From NCBI RefSeq assembly GCF_001194135.2, contig NC_069000.1, positions 21,168,050 to 21,226,144 on the forward strand: a stretch of 58,095 bases of DNA, in the 5' to 3' direction. The notes under the pieces are model-generated. The model saw only the letters and a list, made by a program, of their open reading frames with translations, searched no databases and was not told the origin of the DNA. The DNA comes from Octopus bimaculoides (lineage: Eukaryota). Made by a program: the position numbers and the translations under genes. Position 1 is the first letter of the stretch. Each line of letters begins with the position of its first letter. This document shows positions 41,531 through 49,444 of the stretch, piece by piece.

Positions 41531-44500
41531 TTTTACTGGTGTCAATCATTGAACTGCAACCATGCAGGGACACTCTTTTCACTCTTTTAAAGAGTCTAGT
41601 TGAAAAATTGATCCAAACACTTATTTTTTAAGAGTGGTGCTTATTCTATCGGTCATTTTTGCCAAACCACTAAGTTATGGGGGACATAAATAAACCAACA
41701 CCAATTAAGCAGTGGTGGGGGGAAAACATATAGATATACACACATACATGAGAGGATTCCAGACAGTTTCTATCAACTACATTCACTCCCAAAGCATTGG
41801 TCAGCCCCGGGCTATAGTAGAAGATACTTGACTAAGGTGCTACACAGTGGAACTGAACTCAAAACCACATTGTTGCAAATTGAGCTTCTTAACCACACAG
41901 CTATGCCTGTGCCTTTATATATAACTACCAAATAGTTATCCTAAAGAAACGATTAGAAAAACTAAAAACTATTTAATATAAATATATTTTATGCAAAACA
42001 TGTAGGTTCAGATAATGCTTTAGAGAAATACATGTTGTCTTAAACAACAAATATCTGTAGACTATCCTTCAGAAATATATATATTATTTCAAACATTATA
42101 CTTTAGAAATACATGTTGAACTGTTTATTCTAATAGACACTACATGTGCATTAAAGACAGCACAAATGAGCACATGGAAAAATTAGGTATAAGAGAAATC
42201 ATATACAGTGTGAAAGGAAACTGTGCTGGTATGAATAGAGAGGGTGACAGCTTGGTCAAAAAAAAAGTGGCAAGCAATCCAAGTGAAATACATGGGAAGA
42301 AGTAGTGACGGTTGAATCCTACAAAGGAAATGATAAAGAACTGCAACAAATGGTGAGACACTGTACTGAGAAAAACTCATCTAACTGATGCATGCATAGA
42401 AAAAACAGATGTAAAAAAGATAACAATGTGGATTTTATTGAAGCAATGGCTTTATCACCAAATGATCCGTCCCACATCATTTCCCCCAAAATGAAGAAAT
42501 GTGTTTGATTTTGAAGTCTGTTTATCTCTTTATATTTGGTCTGTTATTTAAACATTGTTCAGGTAAGGTTATTGACTTCAATTTGCAGCAACAAACTTTA
42601 TATTAAACATTCAACTCAGTCAATACTCAATGTCTGAGTCTCCTTCTCCTTTTTTGGTAAAGTGGCAGCTATTTTGTAACTATGGAGAATTGAACATCAA
42701 GGCTAAGTCAACCAGGCAAGAATTTGAATTGAAAACCAAAGCTTCTTGCAGAAAAATATTGATATCTAACATTGGCACAAGGCCACAAATTTTCTTTATT
42801 TGATGACAAGAGTATAGTCACTTAAACTGATCCAGTATTTTACTGGTACTTTATTAACTCCAGAAAGATAAAATGCATAGATGACCTAGGCAGGATTTGA
42901 ACTCAGAATGTAAAAGATTGTAACTAAAATCTGCAAGGCATTTTGTCTGATGTTCTAACAATTCTACTGATCCATAAACATATTAATTATGGTGCTTTTT
43001 CTCAGCACCAACTTCATCATCACACTGCAAATTACTTACAAACAATCTTAATTGTTAAACACTTTACACCAAAAGATCTACACAAATAACTATTCTAGCA
43101 CTTATAGTTACATCAGCAGACCAAATCCACTTATTCTTCTCTCTCTCTCTCTCTCTGTATATAATTTATTCTGCTATTTAATTGCTAAAAACTGAGATGG
43201 TGCATCGAAAGGAAAATTAAAATCATGCAAAGCTTCACAACTCACCACATCTTTGCCATAATCTTCACTTTCACTTTCACTTTCACTGTCTCCCTGAATA
43301 TTGATTTGCTTCTTTTTTTCTTTGCCCTGCAGAGAAAAGGAAATAACAAGTTTGGAAGAAAGAAATTAGTTTTAACATACTGATTTCAAATTTTGGCACA
43401 AGGCCAGCAAGTTCAGGGGCAGGAGTAAGTTGATTATATCGACTCCAGAACTCAACTGGTACTTATTTTATCGACCTCCCCAAAAGGATGAAAGGTAAAA
43501 GTCAGCCTCAGTGAAATTTGAACTTAGAACATGAAGAGAGAGAAAATTCTGCTAAGCAAAACTGTGCTGCTGAAGGAAACAAAATTGGAGGCCATTTGAG
43601 GGCTCTGTTCATGGAGCTAGTAGTACAGGCTAAATGTGAATGGTGCCTATGTGTGCAAGCTTAGGGAGGAATGAAGAGTGGTATCATCTGTATGGGAATG
43701 GGCATTGTTGGAGAGGACAGAAAGTAGGTTACTAATGAACAGAAAGTAAAGTATGATGTAACTTGGCCTTGGGACACACCACAATTGATAAAGTGTGGGT
43801 CAGAGAAAGCTACAGCAATTGCACAAGGCAATGAAGTAATCTAACAGAAAGCTTCCAGTCTAGGAGATGAGAGTTGGATGAAGTTCTTAGAAGGAAAGCC
43901 TAGCAAGAAAATCTCCATCAGAGACATGGTCAAATGCGTTGCTGATGTCAAATACACCTAAAGCTCTACGAGGCTCTGGCAGGGGATGGTGGCGAACCCT
44001 GCTGTACTCTTTCGCCACAACTTTCTCTCACTCTTTCTTCCTGTTTCTGTTGTACCAGTAATTCAAAGGGTCAGCCTTGTCACACTGTGTCATGTTGAAT
44101 ATCCCGAGAACTACATTAAGGGTACACGTGTCTGTGGATTGCTCAGCCACTTGCACATTAATTTCACAAGCAGGCTGTTCCATTGATCGGATCAACTGGA
44201 ACCCTCGACGTCGTAAGCGACGGAGTGCCAACAACAACATACAGAAAGTGGATAATAAACATGGCTTCAGGGTAGTCCTGATCCAGGTAATCAGTTTTAA
44301 GCCTCCAAAAAAGGTTAACCATCAGTATTTGGTACAGCAGTCCTCAGAGCAGCTGCATTTGGTTCCATTTTCATGAGGTGGATCAATTTAAAATACATTG
44401 GCAGATGTTAGGTGGTCTGATTAAATAGCCCCTTCATAGAACCATTTCAAATTACATGCTTGGTTAATCTCTCCTGTATGTTTTAGCTTTTGAAACATTG

Positions 44501-47500
44501 CTGTGGAAGATAGAAATGTTGAAGAGCATCCTGCTTAAACAGGGAATGGGAAAGTCATATCAGAATATGTGGACAATGTAACCATGATGGTGTTAGTTAC
44601 CACAGAAATCAAAGTGGTCAGTACTACACTTAGAGAGTATGAACTGGTACCAGAAAATGCATAAACTGAATCAAGTTGGTGAGCTTGAACATAACACTTG
44701 TAAAGGCAAGTCTGTGCAGACCAGAATCATGGGTTGGTTAACTGACAGTCAAGAAACTGGAACTATTTTACAAGTAGTGTAGCCAGTCTTACCCCAAAAT
44801 GGACTGAAAGGTCAGGTAGAAGTGACACAACAACTAAGATGAGAACACTAGTTCAAATACATCAGAGTATATTAAAAAAAATGAAGTAGCATAAACAAAC
44901 ATACATTTAAAATGATCCCAGAGAATAACACAATTCTAGATTTGGGTATGCCAAGATCAAAGCTAATTAGCCAGATATTGTTATCAAGGTTGACTAGAAA
45001 AAGAACTGCCCCCTAATCAAAGTATACAATACTATCACACAATAATGTACCTCAATCCAAATTTAAAAATCCAGAAATGGAGATTACCAGAATAGGGGGA
45101 TTTAAAACAGAAGCAATCCTATAGCAATAGGTTTCTTGAGAATGATTAAAAAAACATGCAGACAAATACATAGCAAAAATTCCAAGCCTTACAAAATGCA
45201 CAACATAGAAATTAGAATGACTAGGCACTGCTCACATACATTGCAGAGCACTTCCTAAATGATGTAAAAAAAATCTAAAAACAAAACACTCTACATAACC
45301 AAGGTACACCAAGAGGTATTCTTAGTTGTGCAGAGAAAATATGCAATAAATGTAAAACTACTGAAGGTAAATAACAATTTCTAAAATGGGCACAAAGCCT
45401 TAAACGTTTGGAGCAAAAGTTCAGTTGATTATATTGAAACATATTATTTCAGCATCATCATCATCATCATCATCATCATAATGATTTAATACCCGTTTTC
45501 CATGCTGGCATGGGTTGGATGGCTTGACAGGAACTGTCAAGGCCAAGGACCACACCATGTTCCGTAGTGTGTTTTGGCTTGGTTTCTACAGTTGTATGCC
45601 CTTCCCAACTCCAACCACTTTACTGAATGTACTGGATGCTTTTTGCATGGCACCATCACCAATGCTTTTTATGTGGCACCAACACCAGTGCTTTTTATAT
45701 GGCACTTTGGTTTTGGATATCAATTATGTTGTGGTAGGCTGGTTTTCTTCAGTACAGCAATGTGCCACATATTTCAGTCCAGTTATCTCCTTCATAAGGC
45801 TCAGCATTTTGAGACCAGCCTTCAAGACTTTGTCCCATGTCTTCCTAGGTCTCTCTCTTTCACAACTTCCTTCCACTCTAACCCTTTTGGTACCAACCCG
45901 CCTGAAACTGCCTCTGGCTCTGTAGTACAAATGTCTTTTTTTCAAAAGTTCTGAATTAAAATCTTCTACCAAACCTTAGTCACAGTTTATGTTCCTAATA
46001 CTAGCTTAATGACAACTAAGTTATTTTACTAAATTCTTTGTTATATTTAAAATTTATTGAAGGAAACACTGTCCACATCCATCCACATTACATGACTAAA
46101 CCAGTGCAATCTCCTCTCTTGCCCACAGCATATAATTCCTCTAATGTCTAACTTACACTGGTACATTTTCAACTGACCTTTGACAGATGAAAGACAGAAT
46201 TGACATTGGTGAAATTTGAACCCTGAATGTAAAAGCATTTAAGTAAATAATGCAAGACATTTTGTTTTCTGTTCTATAAAGTCTTCAAATCAACCACCTT
46301 CACCTCCACCACCACCACCAATAATAATAATAATAATGATAATCCTTTCTAATACAGGCACAAGGCCTGAAATTTTGTGGGAGGAGTAAGTCAACTACAT
46401 CGATCCCAGTTCTCAACTGGTACTTATTTTATTGACCCCAAAAAGATAAAAGATAAAGTCGACCTCAGTGGAATCTGAACTCGGAACATACAGATGGACA
46501 AAATACCGCAAAGCATTTTGCCCAGCATGTTAACAGTTCTGCCAGCTTACCACCTTAACAACAACCATAATAATAATAATAATAATAATAATACTGTGGA
46601 TTATTCAGGTATCTACTCTACAGAAAGACACCTATCCCTGTCTCTCTATACCTTCAATCTCACACCAACTGGCACAAAGCTACCATCACCCCTCCCAACA
46701 GAGGAGTTTTTTGTCTTGTAAGTTATTTGGTGACCCTGTCAGTACTGGTACCATGTAAAAAGCACTCAGTACACTCTGTAAAGTAGTTGACATTAGGAAG
46801 GACATCCAGCTATAAAAACCATGCCGAAACAGACAATAGAATCTGGTGCAGCGCCTGGCTTTACCAGTTCCTGTCAAACATATCCAACCCATGCCAGCAT
46901 GGAAAACAGGCATTAAATGATGATGTTGATGATACCCAAAAATCAACTGTCTGCAAATAAAAATATCTGGAATGTACCTGCTCCACTTCATCTTCAAATT
47001 CTGTGGAATACACTGGTATACTCATGCTACTAGTGAAGTGTCTACTGTTTGACACACCAACAGAGCCGGTTTTTGATGATGTCCCAGTTAGGTTCAAACT
47101 GGATTTCACCTGAAACATTGTAGTAGATACAATAACATATCAGCAAAACATTTTATGAGCAAAATAGCAATTTACATGTATTATCATCATGACTGTTCAA
47201 TGCAAATATATATATATATANNNNNNNNNNNNNNNNNNNNNNNNNNNNNNNNNNNNNNNNNNNNNNNNNNNNNNNNNNNNNNNNNNNNNNNNNNNNNNNN
47301 NNNNNNNNNNNNNNNNNNNNNNNNNNNNNNNNNNNNNNNNNNNNNNNNNNNNNNNNNNNNNNNNNNNNNNNNNNNNNNNNNNNNNNNNNNNNNNNNNNNN
47401 NNNNNNNNNNNNNNNNNNNNNNNNNNNNNNNNNNNNNNNNNNNNNNNNNNNNNNNNNNNNNNNNNNNNNNNNNNNNNNNNNNNNNNNNNNNNNNNNNNNN

Positions 47501-49404
47501 NNNNNNNNNNNNNNNNNNNNNNNNNNNNNNNNNNNNNNNNNNNNNNNNNNNNNNNNNNNNNNNNNNNNNNNNNNNNNNNNNNNNNNNNNNNNNNNNNNNN
47601 NNNNNNNNNNNNTGTAGAGATTTGCTGGCCACTTTTTCGCCATCTTCTAAAGGGTATTAACCCAATTTTCTAAGCTGTCTTCAATGCATGCAGGCATGGC
47701 TGAGTGGTAAGAAGCTTGCTTCCCAACCATATGGTTTTGGGTTTTTTGGCACCTTGGACAAATGTCTTCTATTATAGCCTTAGGAGTGGATATGGTAGAT
47801 GGAAATTGAAAGAAGCCCGTCATATATATATATGTATATATGGCGTTAGGAAGGGCATCCAGCTGTAGAAACTCTGCCAAATCAGATTGGAGCCTGGTGT
47901 AGCCATCTGGTTTCACCAGTCCTCAGTCAAATCGTCCAACCCATGCTAGCATGGAAAGCAGACGTTAAATGATGACGATGACGATGACGACGACGTATGT
48001 GTGTCTTTATGTCTGTGTTTGATCCCCACCACCACTTGACAACCAGTGCTAATGTGTTTACGTCCCCATAACTTAACAGTTCGGCAAAGAGAAACTGATA
48101 GAATAAGTACCAGGCTTAAAACAAAATAAGTCCTGGGGTCAAATCAGACTGGAGTCTAGTGCAGCCTTCCAGTATGCCAGCCCGGTCAAATCATCCAACC
48201 CATACCAATATGGACAATGGACGTTAAATGATGATGATGATGATGTTACAAAACACCTAACAATCTTTTTTTGTCACTGCAAAGAACTCAGACTAAATCT
48301 ATACAGAATAAATATGACAAATACGACCTTAATTAAAATTACACAAAAGACAATAAAATGTCCAAATAAAAAATTTTCAGCATGTGTGTATGTGTGTGTA
48401 TGCGTGTATAAACACACACACACACACACACAATACACGATGGACATTTTTCAGTTTCTATCAACCAAATCCACTCATGAGCCTCTAGTTGACCAGGGCC
48501 TATAGTAGAAGACACTTAGCTAAGGTACCATGCAGTGGGACTGAACCTGAAACCATGCTGGCACCAACCACAACTCGGAGACCCCCTTCGGTCACAAATG
48601 ACCATGGGATTGCACCTAGAAAGTTACCCTCCCAGGCACAAGTCTGGGCAAGGTTGTTTATGGAAGGCCAGCAGTCGCCCAAGGATACCAGCCTCCCCTT
48701 TCCACGCCACCAATGTTATTCAAGGGAAAGGCAAAGGCCGATACAGCTTGGCACCTGTGACGTCGCAACTCATTTCTACAGCTGAGTGAACTGGAGCAAC
48801 GTGAAATAAAGTGTCTTGCCCAATCCTCCAATGCCCCTGCCCCTCTCAAAATTCCTTGTCTTGTGAGTTGCTAGCTGACCCTGCCAGTGCTGGTGCCACA
48901 TAAAAAGCATCCCGTCCACACTGGAAAGTGGTTGGCATTTACAAGGGCATCCAACTGTAAAAATCATACCAAGATTAACCTCACTTGTGCTAGAGCCACA
49001 TACAAAGCACTGAGTCCACTCTGCAGAGTGAGTGGTGTTAGGAAGGACAGCATCCAGCCATAAAAAACCCTGCCAAAACAGACACAGTAGCCTGGGGTAG
49101 TCTTCTATCTGGCTGATTCCTGTCAACCATCCTACCCATGCATGCATTGAAGACAAAAGTTAAACAATGATAATGATGATGGTAGGTGGAAACTGAAAGA
49201 AGCCTGTATTTGTCCCCCACTACCACTTGACAACTGGTGTTAGTGCATTTACATCCCTGTAACTTAGCAGTTCAGCAAAAGACACTGAGAGATGAAGTAC
49301 CAAGCTTAAAAAATAAGTACTGGGGTCAATTTGTTTGACTAAATTACTTCAAGGTGGTGCCCCACCATGGCCACAGTCTAATGATTGAAACAAGTAAAAG
49401 TTAT

Positions 49405-49444
<40 letters not shown>

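Noticed and set aside
4955-47673. Long ORFs in the track (up to 429 aa) at about 5.0, 9.7-11.0, 13.6, 20.3-21.3, 24.3 and 47.2 kb
   Set aside because: They consist of X residues from N gaps plus TA/TG/GA microsatellite translations.
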